Assembly (NCBI RefSeq): GCF_963921235.1 | Contig: NC_086105.1 | Location: forward strand, 109,988,001 to 110,052,000 | Direction of reading: 5' to 3' | Length of the DNA stretch: 64,000 bases | Source of the DNA: Mobula hypostoma | Taxonomy: Eukaryota | Shown here: piece by piece, positions 34,869 to 49,800 of the stretch | Layout: each line of letters starts with the position of its first letter | How positions within the stretch are numbered: position 1 is the stretch's first letter | Notes under the pieces: generated by a model | Told to the model about the DNA's origin: nothing | What the model saw: only the letters and a program-made list of their open reading frames with translations | Database searches by the model: none | Position numbers and translations under genes: made by a program

Positions 34869-37800
34869 GTAGGTGATAGTTATACAATCTTGTCCAATTT
34901 CAAAAGTCTATTTTGTTCAGAAAATTATTTAGAAGCCAGATATTGAACATTTGCTTGAAATTTGTTTTTTATGCAAATATTAATATTTTGTTATCCCCTT
35001 TATAAAATAGTCAATATTTATTTTTGTTAAATCTTTCTCCAGTACTGAGGGAGTTATCGAACTTCATTGCTTTAAATCGCTTTCATTTATGGATTGGACA
35101 TCTAGGGCTGATCATTTAATAATGGAAGAAATGAAATATAATTTTCTCCATATACTGTCTGCCTGTCTTTCCTTAGGAAAACACAAACTACTGGAGGATT
35201 TCAGTGTGTTATGCAGCATCTATGGGGACAGAGGGATATCCAGTACAGGGTCTCGACCTGAATGTCCGCCATCCAATCACCCTCAAGGATGATGCCTGAC
35301 TCAGTTAGTTCCTCCAGCAGTTGGGTTTTGCTCCAGATGACAACATTTTGTAATGTCACCTGGCTTCCCTTACCTCCCGTAATCCATATAGAATTTCTGG
35401 ATAAGCATTTGTACTTTAGTTTCAACCTGAAGAGAAACGTGAGCTACAGTCTTGGCATACTGTAAAAAGGAATCTATCATTTTTTAGGGAAAAAAAATCA
35501 GGGAGGTGATAATTAGGTGTGGAGCTTTTTGAATGTTGCAGTCCTCTGTTTACACTATGTTGAATCTGGCTTTCCTATTTATTTCTACTGAAAGGCAGCA
35601 TAATTACACCAGAGTAGATTAACAAACAAAATACTATCCTAAACAGATGCAGGAATTTCTAGTGGACAAAAAGGCACACTGATTTAACTGAAACAGAAAA
35701 TTAGACAGGATGGTTGTTGGGTCCACATAATTTGCAATCTTCTCCCGAAGTGAAAGTTATCCACAATGTTTCTGAGGTTATGACACTAATTTTGCAACAA
35801 TGAAAGCATTTTCATGGTGCACTTTTACACCATGAAGTCTGAGACAGGTATTTGTGGAGTATGATACATGACCAAAGAGATTAAAGTTAAGATGAGACAC
35901 AAGAGACTGGAGAAGCTGGAACCTAAAGTAACAAACAAAATGCTGGAAGAATTCAGCAAGTCATTCAGTTCCTATGGAGGGAAATGAATAGTTGCCATTT
36001 TGGATTGAGGCCCTTCATCTCAACTGATTAAAGTTAGATTAAGGGATGTTGTTACTTCACATGGTCAGTCAGGAAAAAAAGTACTGTGTCTCCTCCTTAA
36101 GTCTGCTGGCATTAACTTTCATTTGTTAAAGGTTGTTTCTAAATGGGAATACAGAGAATACTGTCTTTTCTTTCTTTAGAATCAATACTAAATTTAGACA
36201 GCTGCATTGACCAGAGGTTTAGCTGTACCAACTATTAAAGTTAACCAATATAGAATTACATGAAAATTGGAGAGGAAGTATGGCAGTGAGGGTGATTGAA
36301 GGAGGTGGGGAGAAAAATGGATAGTGGGAGGGCTAGTGAAGAAAAATGAAGGGAATATCCTTAATGTTGTTTAGCTTCTGTCCCTTCAGGAATTGGAGTA
36401 AAATTTGAATCAAATGGTATGATCAGTCATCCATTCATGGTATGGCATTGAAATGGCCAAATATATGCAGACTGCAAATTGTACATTTGTACCAGTAAAC
36501 CTAATATTCATGCTACTAGTTACTTAATTTCTTCCATAGTTATTTAGTTGATATTGGTATCAGACTCTTGGTTCATTTTGTTGTTTTGTGTATTTCAGAG
36601 TGTAGCTGGAGTAGTGATTGGAAAAATTGATGCTAAAGGATTTCCTGACCGAAAGAGTTGAGTATTTATATTGCTACTCGTGTTCTTATGAAATAGTTTG
36701 TATGGAATCTCATTTTGTTAAAAACAACTTTATAGTATTTCCAATCAAACACTGGATATTAAGATAATTCATTGTTGATTGTCTGTTGTTTCGGACGATG
36801 ATGTTTGTCTGTGCATCTCATCAATTGTGCGTTCTGAGGTGGCTGTACAGTCTGATTCTAGAAAGGCGTGAGCTTTGACAGTGAGGGCAGGTGAACTGTC
36901 CAACCACTGTTAGAGCAACTGATGTGGCCATTTTTCTCCTTTCTTGAGCAGCGACCAGATCTGCACGGCGATTATTCTTCAAGTTGTTGGAGGCTCATCT
37001 TATCAGGGCACGCCATCCAGTCTGGTCCTGAGCACTCTCTCGAGCTGCTTAGGTGCAATGTTAGCATGCTTGAGGTGGCTTTTACACAGTCCTTAAACCT
37101 CTTACGAGGTTCTCTTCTTCCTTGTGATAGCTCTCCATATAGCAATTATATTTGGGTATTTTGGAATCCTCCATGTGTATAACATGCCCTGTCCAGCAAA
37201 GCTGGGATTGCAGGATCATTGCTTCTATGCTTGTGCTCTCTGCTCTCTTGAGGACTTTCAGGTTGGTGATATGGTCCTACCAGTTGATGCCCAGGATTGA
37301 TCTCAGGCTATGTGTATGGCAGGGATCCAGCATTTTAAGATGTCTTTTGTATACAGTCCAGGTTTCACAGCCATATAATAGGCTGCTAAGGATGACTGCT
37401 TTGTACCCCTTGAGTTTTGGACCGGTTTGGAATAGGACTTCCGTATTTCGTAGGCTGATGGTTCAGCTGAACAGCCAAGTGGCTTCTGCAAACCTATCGA
37501 CAAGCAGCTGAAGATAGACTTCTGTGTGGGCCATAAGGGTACAATCTTCGGTGTACAGGGCTTCTCGATTGAAGTGTCATTCAAAATTCTGCAAAAAAAT
37601 TATCAGTGTAGGAGCCTACTGGATTCAACAAATGAAACTGGAAAAAAATACTGATACATCGTTAATGGGGTAAACTCTTTACATGTAAATAACATGATGT
37701 TCTTGTAATCTACAAAAGGCCACCAGACTGTCTAATTAGACATCTTTGAACATTTGGAGCATTTAATTGGAACATCCATTCACATATGACATATGCTAAA

Positions 37801-40800
37801 TGAAGTATGCTAGGTAGAATTTTGGTAGTTCCATTTTATTTGTGCTTGGTATTATTTACTTTTAAGTCCTGCTTTAATGATTGTATAATGATCCCATAAT
37901 AGTAGGCTCAAATTATTGGTGACTTCAGCAACCATGAAAAGTAATTGAAAATAAATAGTTTATTTTGGGTACTTATTAAAACTCATCTGTCCACCATTTT
38001 TGAAGGAGAGGATACATATTACGTTGCTCAATTTTTCAATTAATCCTTGCCCCTTCAGAATTTTACAGTTAGGCTTGCTGACTTTTGGATGGACTCTTAT
38101 ATTTTTCATTAACATGGAAAAGTAGTGATCAAGATATATCTCTGCATAACCTAGAATAGGGGTTCACTGCTGTTTCTTATGCCATGGACCAATACCATTA
38201 GGCAAGGGATCCATGGACCCCAGATTGGGGACCCCTGACCTAGAATGACATTACGATAGAGAATGAAAGGAGCACTACAAAAACACAGGAGATTCTGCAG
38301 ATGCTGCAAATCTGGAGCAACGTACACAAAATGCAGGAGGAACTCGATGGGGTCAGGCAGCATCTAAAGACGGGAATAAACAACTGACATTGTGGGCCAG
38401 AACCCTGATGAAGAGTCTCGGCTCAAAACTTCAACAGCTTATTCCCCTCCTTAGATGCTACCAGATTTGCTGAGTTCCTTTAGCATTTTGTGTGTGTGTG
38501 TTGAAGGAGCACTGCATCATTTTATGCATGTTTATAAATACCTTCAGGATATTTAAGATTTCTCAAATGGTCATTATTGGTGTATTCTGAGATCCATATG
38601 TAATACCATGAATCAGTACACTCATTCTCACTCCCACTCACACACGTTTTACCACATTTGGTATTTTAACAAAAGATTTTATTTCACCTTCTCGGATGTC
38701 AAACTTCAACAACTGAATTCAAGCATAATTTACACTTTGAATGATCCCTCTCCAAACTGAATAATGGGCTTTCAACCAAGACCTCAGTTTCATTCCCCGT
38801 AGTCGTCATTTCATTGAATTCCAAGCCTGACATGACATTGAACTTTTGAAGCTTTATGCCTTAGAAATACATTTTTTATTGTTAACTTGTAATACAGTCG
38901 GCCCTCCTTATCCGCGAGGGATTGGATCTGGGACCGCTCGCAGATACCAAAAAACGTGGATGCTCAAGTCTCAATGAGGTGGACCTTAGGACCCAGCGGA
39001 ACTCCAGACCTTATTTAAACTGTCTCAGTGTGGTGGACATTAGGACCCGGCGGCGGAGCTCTGAATCTGCAGTGTTTCTGTTCACGAAAATAATCATGAT
39101 CACAATTGAAAATCATGTGGAAATAATAAAGCGATCGGAAAGAGGTGAAACGCCATCGGTCATTGCAAAAGCGTTAGGCTGCAATCAGTCAACGATCGGA
39201 ACAATTTTAAAGGATAAAGCAAGAAAGGCCCTGCCCCGATGAAAGCTACAATTATTACTAAGCAACGCAGTGGTTTAATTATTGGGTTTTGGTGTTTTGG
39301 GTTTTTGATCCTCCATATCAAGCCGGCACGGATTGAGAGCGCGCTCGGGAGCGGTCTGTCTCTGGATCAAACTCGGCGCTGAAACAAACGTTTCTTAAGT
39401 GTTTTATCTGCATAGAAAGGTAAAATATATACTATATACTAAGACAAACGTTTGACTAACTGACGCTACATAATAACGGATGTACCTGTTCTGACTTAGT
39501 AAGAGAACTTATGGGTTTTTTTCNNNNNNNNNNNNNNNNNNNNNNNNNNNNNNNNNNNNNNNNNNNNNNNNNNNNNNNNNNNNNNNNNNNNNNNNNNNNN
39601 NNNNNNNNNNNNNNNNNNNNNNNNNNNNNNNNNNNNNNNNNNNNNNNNNNNNNNNNNNNNNNNNNNNNNNNNNNNNNNNNNNNNNNNNNTGCTGGAAGAG
39701 CACTTCCGGGTTTTCTTGATTCACAGTTGGTTGAATTCGCACATGTGGAACTCACGGATAGGGAGGGCCGACTGTATTACAAATATTTATCTTAATCTAC
39801 AAAGAAATACAATTTGACATTTTTTGTTTTTTTAGACATTGGAACAGAAAGATACACTTTCACTTTCACAATACGAGATGCTCCAAACCATTTCATCAAT
39901 GTAGTTTCTTGGGGGAGAGAAGAATATGTGAGAAGTCTATCAAACAGTTTCAGAATTGGCGATTGTGGTATGTTTAATTAGCTTAATTATTTGATAAATA
40001 TTTAAAGCATTTTGTAGCTAATGAACTTACTACAGTACTTACGATAATCTATGTGCCTGTTGGCTCTTTCATAAATAATTTCCTTAAGGTACTCTCATAA
40101 TCAAATATTGTAACTTTTGCCAACTTAATCTGTTAACTCTTCTTGAAACCAACTTACTCAAAGGATATTTTAAGTAAATTCAATATCAAAGAAAAATGTA
40201 ACAATATTGAAAAAGTTGAGATAAAATATTTGATGGAAAACACAGTACTCACACCAGTTGGAAAGTATATATTTTATTAGTTGCTATGTTCATAGTGACC
40301 ATTATAATACTACAACATATAATGCTCTGATATCTACTTCATCATATTATAACTAGGTCTCATTATAATATGACGAAGATATGGATAATATTACATAATT
40401 TATTGAGAAATCAATAAAATTAATGATTATTTGCATGATTATAGAAGAATTCTGAATTGCAGATTTATTTGGATACTGAAACAATATTTTTGAAATGTGC
40501 AGAATAATGGGGAATTGGACATGAGGAGTAAAATGAATTAGAGAGGGCAAAGGTGCCGAGAATGCAGGAAGAAGTGGGGCAGAAAGAAAGAGTAGCTTAT
40601 TTAGAGAGGGGAAAGGGTAAAGTGTGTTAACGAAGAGGAGAGGCAGATGGATGCCAGAATAGAAAGAGAAAGAGGGAGACTGAAGAAGTAACAGTAGAGG
40701 GGGCAGGTGAAGACTGGAAAAAAGAGAGAGGAAAGAATGAGAAAAACATTTTATTTGTTCAGTGTTTGACCAATGGCATATTATGTGTAATTTTTAACAT

Positions 40801-43800
40801 GCTCTCTGCAGTGTAATTTAAGTTTTATCCCTGTTTTGACATTTCAAACATCTTAACATAACTTAGTCCTTGGGCTGAATATTAGCCCTAAAATGGGTAA
40901 GATGTAGTAAGTTTGAAGTCGGCATTTAAAAAAATTTGGACTGTGATCCAGTCCATCCACTCTGGGTTTAAAGCAGTGGTCCCCAATCACCGGGCCGTGG
41001 ACTGGTACCGGGCCACAAAGCATGCACTTCTGGGCTGTGAGGAAACGATATGATTTGGTGATATGAGTCAGCTGCACCTTTCCTCATTCCCTGTCACGCC
41101 CACTGTTGAATTTGAACGCACGTGAGGTCATTACCCACGCGTCATCCATGTCAGCGCGGGAAGAAGATCAACGCCTCGAGCTTCCAAATGGCGGCGGGCT
41201 GAAAAGTATGTTTGACATAACATCTCTGCCAGCATTCTGGACCAAAGTCAAGGCTAAATATCCTGAGATAGCCACGAAAGCACTGAAAATGTTGCTTCCA
41301 TTTCCAACATATCTCTGCGAAGCGGGGTTTTCTGTAGTGAATGCAACGAAAACTAAGTTGCGGAATAGACTAGATATAAGGAACCCTTTTGAGTATCACT
41401 TCTCCCATCACCCCTCGATGTCACCATCTTGTTGCAGGGAAATAGCCCAGGGCTCCCACTGATTCAGCAATATTGGTGTGTTGCAATGATTTTATATGTT
41501 CATAGAAGGAAAATATGCGCTGTGTGTTTAATATCCAAATGTTACTTAAAATGTTATGATGCTATTGACTTATAATTGACTTATCACTATATTCATGCGA
41601 GGAAAATATGCGCTGTGTTTTTAATATTAAATTCATTAGATAAACCCTTTTAGAAACGAAATTGAGTGTAATAGCCACTTATAAGTGACTTATAGTTGAC
41701 TTATCACCTATATTTCCGTTGTGATTAACACCCCCCCCCCCCCAGGGTTGCCAGCTGTCCCATATTAGCTGGGACATCCTGTACATTGGGCTAAATTGGT
41801 TTGTCCGTATTTCCCCCGCTAAGGTAGAGTGTTCCTATGAAACCTTTCGTGTTGAAATGGAGTAAAGTGAAGAAGCAACTACCATTAATTTATATGGGGA
41901 AAAATTTGAGTGTTCCCAGACCCAAAAAATAGCCTACCAAATCATATCAAATACCACACAAAACCTAAAATAACACATAGTAAAATTAGGAATTATATGA
42001 TAAATACACAGCCTATATAAAGTAGAAATAATGTATGTACAGTGTTGTTTCACTGAACAGAATCGCCAAAACCAATTTGTAGAAAAAAATCGGCACGTGC
42101 ATGTCACGCATGCGCACACAGGTGCCCGCGCAAGGCTTCATGGTCATGGTAGTCTTTCTCGGGGTAAACAGAACGTATTTGACTGCTACTCTTGTCCATT
42201 GGCAACCCTCTTCTCCCCCCTCTCTTTCCCCCCCCCCCCAGGTTGGCCGGTCCACAAGAATATTGTCAATAATAAACCGGTCCGTGGTGCAAAAAAGTTT
42301 GGGGACCCCTGGTTTCAAGAATGCAGGATAAAACATGGGCAAGCAATTTAGGAAACGATTTGGTAAACAAGCAAGTATCTTAATAAGCAACCTGGAATAT
42401 AACATTAAATCAAAAGAGACAGAAGGTGCTGGAATCTAAGCAAAGAAAATACAATGCTGAAAGAGCTCAGCAGATCAAGCAGCATCTGTGAAGGCAAAAG
42501 GTACATGGCAATGTTTCAGATCAAAACTCTGCATTAGGACTAGAAGTGAACAGGAAAGTTTCCCTTGTTTTAGTAATACCAAGGGAGAGATAGAGGGTAG
42601 TAAGTGATAGATGGAATCAGATGGAGAGAGGATTGTGGGCAGAATCAACCATGTAGAGGGAGAAGTTGGTCACTGGTGAATAGTGGCTAGACAGTTTTCC
42701 CAGGTGAAATGGTTATATAGTACTACTTGTAGATTAAGAAGTATTTTTCTGATTGGTTCTCTTTTGTCCCTGCTAGGTTTGCGTTTCTTAGACTTATCCA
42801 CCCTTCACTTGGTTCCCACCCCCCCACCCCCCCACCCCCCACTACCACCCAGTGACAGTGTTCCAGAGGTAGGAAGCACAAATCTCCATATGGATGTATT
42901 CAAACATCCCAGGATGATTAGCAGTAATTTTTTTTTAATGTTCTTTGGGACCTCCTTCTTAAATATGTGACCTTAAAATGTCACTGACTCTTAAAAGATA
43001 TTGTAACTGTGTTTACTAATAAAATCCTTTTTATTTCTATACAACAAAATAGAAAATCTTGTAAATATTCAGTAGCTTGGGTAGTAAACATTGTAGGACT
43101 GAGATAAGAAGACAATTCTGATGAAGGGTGGAGGGTCTGAAACACACAGACTGTTTTTCATTCCAAAGGTGTTACCTAATCTGTTGAGTGTTTCTTGGAT
43201 TTCATGTTTTTATTTTAGATTCACAGTATCTGCAGGTTTTTTTTTAATGGTGATATTTTCTTGTAGTTGTAATTGAAAATCCATTAGTACAAACTAAAGA
43301 TCCAGAAAAGGAAGAAAGATTCAGCCCATCTACTTCAAGGTATATTAAAGGTGCATCTTTATATATAAATATAACATTTATAATTTTAATTGGTAAGTTA
43401 TTAATAACAATATATTTAGTTATAGGTTATATCTAACTAAAATACCTACAATGCTTTATCTTCACTATGGTGGAGTGCAAGACATCGCCAAAAAATTACA
43501 ACCACCGTATTCTTGATCACACACTGAGATGTTGCTTCTTTGGTATAAGATCACTCCCTTCACCTTCACCTACTCTGAATTTCAGTAAATATAATTGATA
43601 TAACCTTGGAACAGCTTTCCTCTACTCACACAATTTCCTTTGCTTCTTTTAATATGGAAAAAAACATTTCGGGCTGAGACGTTTACTGTACACTTCTCCA
43701 TAGATGCTGCCTGGCCTGCTGAGTTCCTCCAGCATTTTGTGTGTGTTACGTGGATTTCCAGCATCTGCAGATTTCCCCTGTTTGTAATTGAATATGTCTT

Positions 43801-46800
43801 AAGTCTCCACACCGTCTGTGATTGATAGTTCTAGAAATTTATTAATTTCTTCTCATCTCAGTTCTGAAAGAATATCTCCTTATTTTGAGACCATAATTGC
43901 GAGTTCCATACATCACAGCCTTGTGAAATATTTTTCTAGCATCTATCCTGTTAAACCCTTTAAGAATTTTACAGTCTAGATTCTAAAGAAAAGCAAAGAA
44001 TAGGAGATGCTGGAAAACTGAAATAATAACAGAAAATGCAAGAAATGTAAAACAGCCAGAGTCCATCTGAGGAGAGATATAGGGCTTCAGATCAATGAAC
44101 CTGCATCAGAAATTATTTCTGATGAAATTACTATTTTTGATGAAACATCACTGAGTATTTCCAGCATTTTCGATCTTTATTTATAGAAAATATAAGTCCA
44201 TTCCTCTCAATTCCCCGAGAGAACAATTACCATCCTGGGAATCAGTTGATGAATTTTCTTCTTTTTTTTTTAATTTTATTTTTATTTGGATAAGGAGTTC
44301 ACAATTATCATGTACTTTTTTCACACATATAACCTTTTCCATTTTTTTTATATGTATAAAACTACAATTATTTATACATTCTTAAGTACACATTGAGATG
44401 ATATAAAAGCAAAATAAACATTTAAATAGATAATTATGTATTGTGGTAAATCTAACCTATTAGGCTAAGTAATGAAATTAGTTGTTAAGAAAAATGGTAA
44501 TAATAGTTTCCATACAACCCTTCTGGACCATTTCCACTGGTCCAAAATGTTGCATACAAGCCTATATACCAACCATTGTAGGTGTTTATATCCCAATTTG
44601 TTCGTGCTTGTTCCTGCCCGCAGACATAATTATCCAATCCCTATGTACTTACTTACTTAATTTTTTCATTTTTTTTATCCCTTTCCCAAATCTTTCCCTT
44701 TACTTGTGTTAATTCTCTATTTTCCAAAAAAAAACAACAACAAACATTTAGACTAGGGGTGCTTACGTTAGCAATATTACTGTGTTGATGAGAAGAGCAA
44801 TATAAATCATTAGGAGAGTCATCTAAAGTCTGCTCGCATTGGGGTTATATATTCAATCCATTTATTCCAGATTTGATAAAATGTTTCTTTTTGAGTTCTC
44901 AGGGAGTAGGTCAACTTTTCCATTTTAAATATTTCCAAGATAATTTCGTACCAATCTTCTAATGTAGGTGGTATTGGATTTAGCCATTTTCTAGTGATTG
45001 ATTTCTTACTTGCCGCTAAGAAGGCCTGCAGCAACTTTATATCTTCCTTCTGTTCAAGGAACAATACATGCCCCAAATAGAGCGTCTCAAAGTTCAGAGG
45101 TATCTGGGACCTAAGTACCTTAACTAATGTTCTATGAGTACCTTCCCAAAATAGACTTAATTTAGGGCAATCCCAGAAAATATGAAAATGATTTGCCTCC
45201 TTAGAGCCGCACCTTCTCCAACACATCACATTTGTATCTTTATATTTTTCCTGATATGGGGTCTTGAAGTATCTTATAATGTTTTTCCAACAATGTTCTC
45301 TCCAAGCCCTGCCCCCTGCACCAGTTTCTCAGCCTCGCATTGATTTGCCAGGTCATCCTGTTTCTGCTCTCACTAGCGCATGGCACAGGCGCAATCCAGA
45401 ATTTACTACCCAGGAGATCCTGCTTCTCAGCTTTCTACCTAGCTCTCTAAATTCTCCTTTCAGGATCTCTGCTTTTCTTTCCTATGTCATTGGTACCAAT
45501 ATGTACCAAGAACATACCATCCGTGTGAATCATTTTCATCCACAGGATCTCCTGTCTGTTTCCCTGATATATTGAGTCCCCTATCACTACCACTTCCTCC
45601 TTCTCTCACTTTCCCTTCTGCCCCACGGACCCCTGCTCAGTGCCAGTAACCTGGTCTCTGTGGCATTCCCCTGGAAGGTCATCTCCCACAACAGTAGCCA
45701 AAGCAGTACACTTATTATTGAGGGGAATGACCACAGGGGTGCTCTGTGCTAACTGCCTATTCACATTTCCATCTCTCCTGACAGTCACCCAGCTACTCGC
45801 CTCCTGCAACTTCGGGGTGACTACTTCCCTGTAACTCTGATCGATTGTCATCTCACTCTCCCGTACAAGCCAATGGTCATCCAGCTGCTGCTCTAGATTT
45901 TTAACATGGTCTTCAAGGAGCAGGGTGCACTTCACGCAGATATAGTTCCCTAGGGGACTCTGGGTCTCCCAGGACTCCAACATCCAGCATAAAGAACACA
46001 CAACAGACATTTATGTTCAAATTATACCTGGGTTGATCATCAAATTCAGTGTAATTCAAATTTGGAATAATATAGATGTGTATGTGAAGCTTACAAAAAT
46101 TAAAGAAATACACATTGTGAGATACTGGCTTATATTGAAGAGAGAGGAAATGACAAGTCTGATAACCCCCTAGAAACTACATCTCATATCACTTTCTTAT
46201 CAGCTGTATGCAACTGAAAATTGACTTAATCTTGAGTAAGTTGTATGTGTGACAGTGTTTCAGGTCAAATCATGAAATTTGACAGGGCCATGTGTCTTGA
46301 GACAGGAACATTTCCAAAATATCCAAGCAGTGATTCGTATATAGGGGAATCTATCATTAGGAATGAAATTGGACGCTCCTAAGACGATGTGTTCATAAGC
46401 TGATGGTGTAAATCCATGAGCCCTGGTGGTAAATAAAATCTTGACCTAAACCTTTTGCCCCAGCCCCTGAGTCCTCACTCCAACCCCAAATCTATCATTC
46501 CCCTTCCATGACTTACAAGCAGTTTCCTCATTCCTTCTCTCAACAAATACTGCATTCTATGTGGGGAAGTAAAGCCCTCCCTACCATTGAGCATATCTAC
46601 AAGGAGCGCTATCATAGGAAAGTGACATGCATCATCACAGACCCTCACCATCCAGTCCATGCTCTCTTCTCGCTGCTGCAATCAGGAAGGAAGTACAGGA
46701 GCCTTAGGTCCCACACCACCAGGCTCAGGAGCAGTTATTACTCTCAATCATTGGGCTCCTGAACCAGAGTAGATAATTTCACTCACCCCAACACTGAACT

Positions 46801-49800
46801 AATTTCACAACCTATGGACTCACTTTCAAGGACTCTACAGCTCATGTTCTCAATATTTATTACTTACTTATTTATTGTTACTATTTTGCTTTTTTTTTGT
46901 ATTTGCACAGTTTGTTTTTTTGCACATTGGTTGTTTGTCTGTCTTGATGTACAGTTTTTCATAGATTCTATTGTGTTTCTTTGTACTTACTATGAATGCC
47001 TGCAAGAAAAAGAAATCTCAGGGTAACATATGGTGATATGTATGTACTTTGATAATAAATTTACTTTGAACTTCGAACTTCATTCCCATTTAAAATATTG
47101 ACCTAATTTCACTTCTCCATCTCTCCATGGTGCTTCCTATATTCCCCACTTATTTCTTCATGTTGGCTATCATACTAATTCACCCCCCTCCTGAACTACT
47201 GCTATCTCTGCCCCCTGGCTGTTGCCCAACTTCACGTCATCCTTAATTTGCCAGTTTCCCCCACTCTACTTCACAAGACCGCTCTGCCAATGCTATAAGT
47301 TAAGCTTTAATGGTCTTGTAAGTATATTCCCAAGCCGACTAACCAAGGTCTTTGGGCCTTAGCCAGAAGTGAATTATGATATGGTGAGGCAATAACTTAA
47401 CAAGTCATTTCACTGTATGTTTCTATGTATGTGTGTTATATAAATGAATCTGAAATCTTCCTTGTGTACTACATTAATATCATTCCAACATACATGACTA
47501 CAGTTTATTTCATGTGCTTTTGAATGTATAGACTTGTACAGTAGTCTCATGTTTATTTAATTGCCATTAAAGTAGTGCTGAAATGTAAATTTAATCATTT
47601 TTCAACAATGGGGTTTTACAGATTTATAACGTGTAAATTAATCAGAATAAATAGAATTGACTTTTTCCTAATGCAGTATTATTACAGAATAATTTTGAAA
47701 GTAATGTTTAGATCATTAAAGTTTTTTCTCTACAGATAAATATCAGATATTAACGTTTTTTTGTGTTTCATATTTAGTTGCTATAAACTTCTGGTCAGTG
47801 AGAACTTTTCAACAGTCAAGATATGTCATGATCTAGAGATTGAAACTAGGCTTCTTGCCTTGTTGCATTTGCCTGTGAAAAACCACCAGGATTACTATTC
47901 CCTTGGAGATATTACCCATAATGGGCAAAGCCTAAATGGATGCCTTATCAATATTCTAGCATCAGTCAGATCGGTGGGTTTCTTGTAACTGAATCAAAAC
48001 ATCTATTTTTTTCTTATGATATACAGCAGAATAAGTTCACTAATGTGTCATTCCATATAAATTTATTATAAGAAAACTTTGCATTGAAATTCATCACTCC
48101 ATTTGACAGTACACATCATGTGGTTATACTCATAGCAATGTTGTACTTCCCCTTTTATTGACGTTAGTAGTATAAATTTCATAGAAAGAACACTATTTGT
48201 GAGAGCTTAGCCACAAGCCAGGGATGAACTTCCAGGTGATTTTTTTTATTTGTCTGAAACTTCCCAAAATTTATGCTGTTTACATTAGTAGCACCCTAGA
48301 TTCGAAATTCAATCATATTGCACCTTGTTTTTGACCACTGTGCAACATTTACATGTTTTTATGCATTAATGACACAAATACAGAAGTTCAATCTGTCACT
48401 TCCATGCAATATACACAAATGCATATAGGAAACTATTGGAGAGTTTAAAGCTGAAAACAGATTTTTCTGGTTTAAAAACACGATGGAAACCAGATTTTTG
48501 TAGTCCTCTATTTTCTGAAGCAATTCTGTTTAAAATGGTATTCAACCATAATTACAGTAGCTTCTGCAGTGTGCAACTACAGTTTGTGAACCACCTGTGG
48601 ACACAGGAAGTTGCTGCAGATTGTGTCTGACTTTGTGGTGCACGTGCTATCTTCAAACTAATATAGCACCCACAAGCTGCTAGAGAAACTCAGAAAGTCA
48701 GGCAACATCTTGGAGAGGACAAAGCAGTCATTTTCAGACCAAGACCTTTCATTGGTCCTGATGAAGGATCTCGGCTTGAAACATTGACTGTTTATTCCCC
48801 TCGATAGTTACTGACTTTTTCAGATTCTTCAGCACTTTGTATGTTGCTCAGGATTTCTAGCGTCTGAAAAATCTCTTGTGTTTATGATTTTCAAATAATT
48901 ACCTCTTTACTTTGAGTGATTCTTTGATGGTCCTGTTGGAGAGGCAGTGGAACAGAGTCGACATTGCCATAAACCATATATAACAGGGGTTTCCCACTGC
49001 TTGTATCCTCTGATACTAGCAGTGAACCTCATAGTTACTCTCTGCATGTCTTACACCTGAAAACTTCTATGATTAATCACATCACTCCAAGCAGAACTGA
49101 ACATGATATCTATCTGATACCTTATTAGCACCCTGTCCAATTTTAATCTTTATATCATTGACCTCTATCATTAACCAAGGAATCCATGTACCCCAGGTTG
49201 GGAATCCCTGTTATAGAGGAAACAAAAGATGGTCTGAATTCTGTGCTCTTACTTTCAATTCCCTGAGGAGCAATGTATCTGCAAGGGAAGTTTTCCTAAT
49301 ATGGCCATGCTCCAATGACCAAACTAGTCCACCTTTAAAAAATCAATGTCACTATCACTCTGCTCATGCCAGCCACCACATCATCCCAAATGGTGGTGAT
49401 TGATGATCCTATATATTTCATTTTGCTGCACATTGTAGTATTAGAAAGGCTACTGATGGTCTTACTCAAGTAAAAGAGTTTGACTGAACAGTGATCAGCA
49501 AAGAGAATAAGAACATGGATTGTGAATATTTCATAGTTCCCTAAACTTACAGGAATAATATGGTGTATTTGCATGGTGTTTCATGATCCCCATGGGAACC
49601 TAAAGTTGGACAATAAGTGCACAACTATAGCAAGAGATTTCTCATGATTGGCATGTATTCAAGGAGCTTGCTTGGCTCTTCCATTTGGAAGCTACTCGAC
49701 CTCATAATATTCTCCAGCAGATTGTTACCCTGTAAGTAGGACAGTTAGTGCAGACAACCAAGGACAAATTATGTTTACAATTAACTTCCATTTTTATTCA

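Noticed and set aside
39456-39795. ORFs containing X runs
   Set aside because: Artifacts of the N gap.
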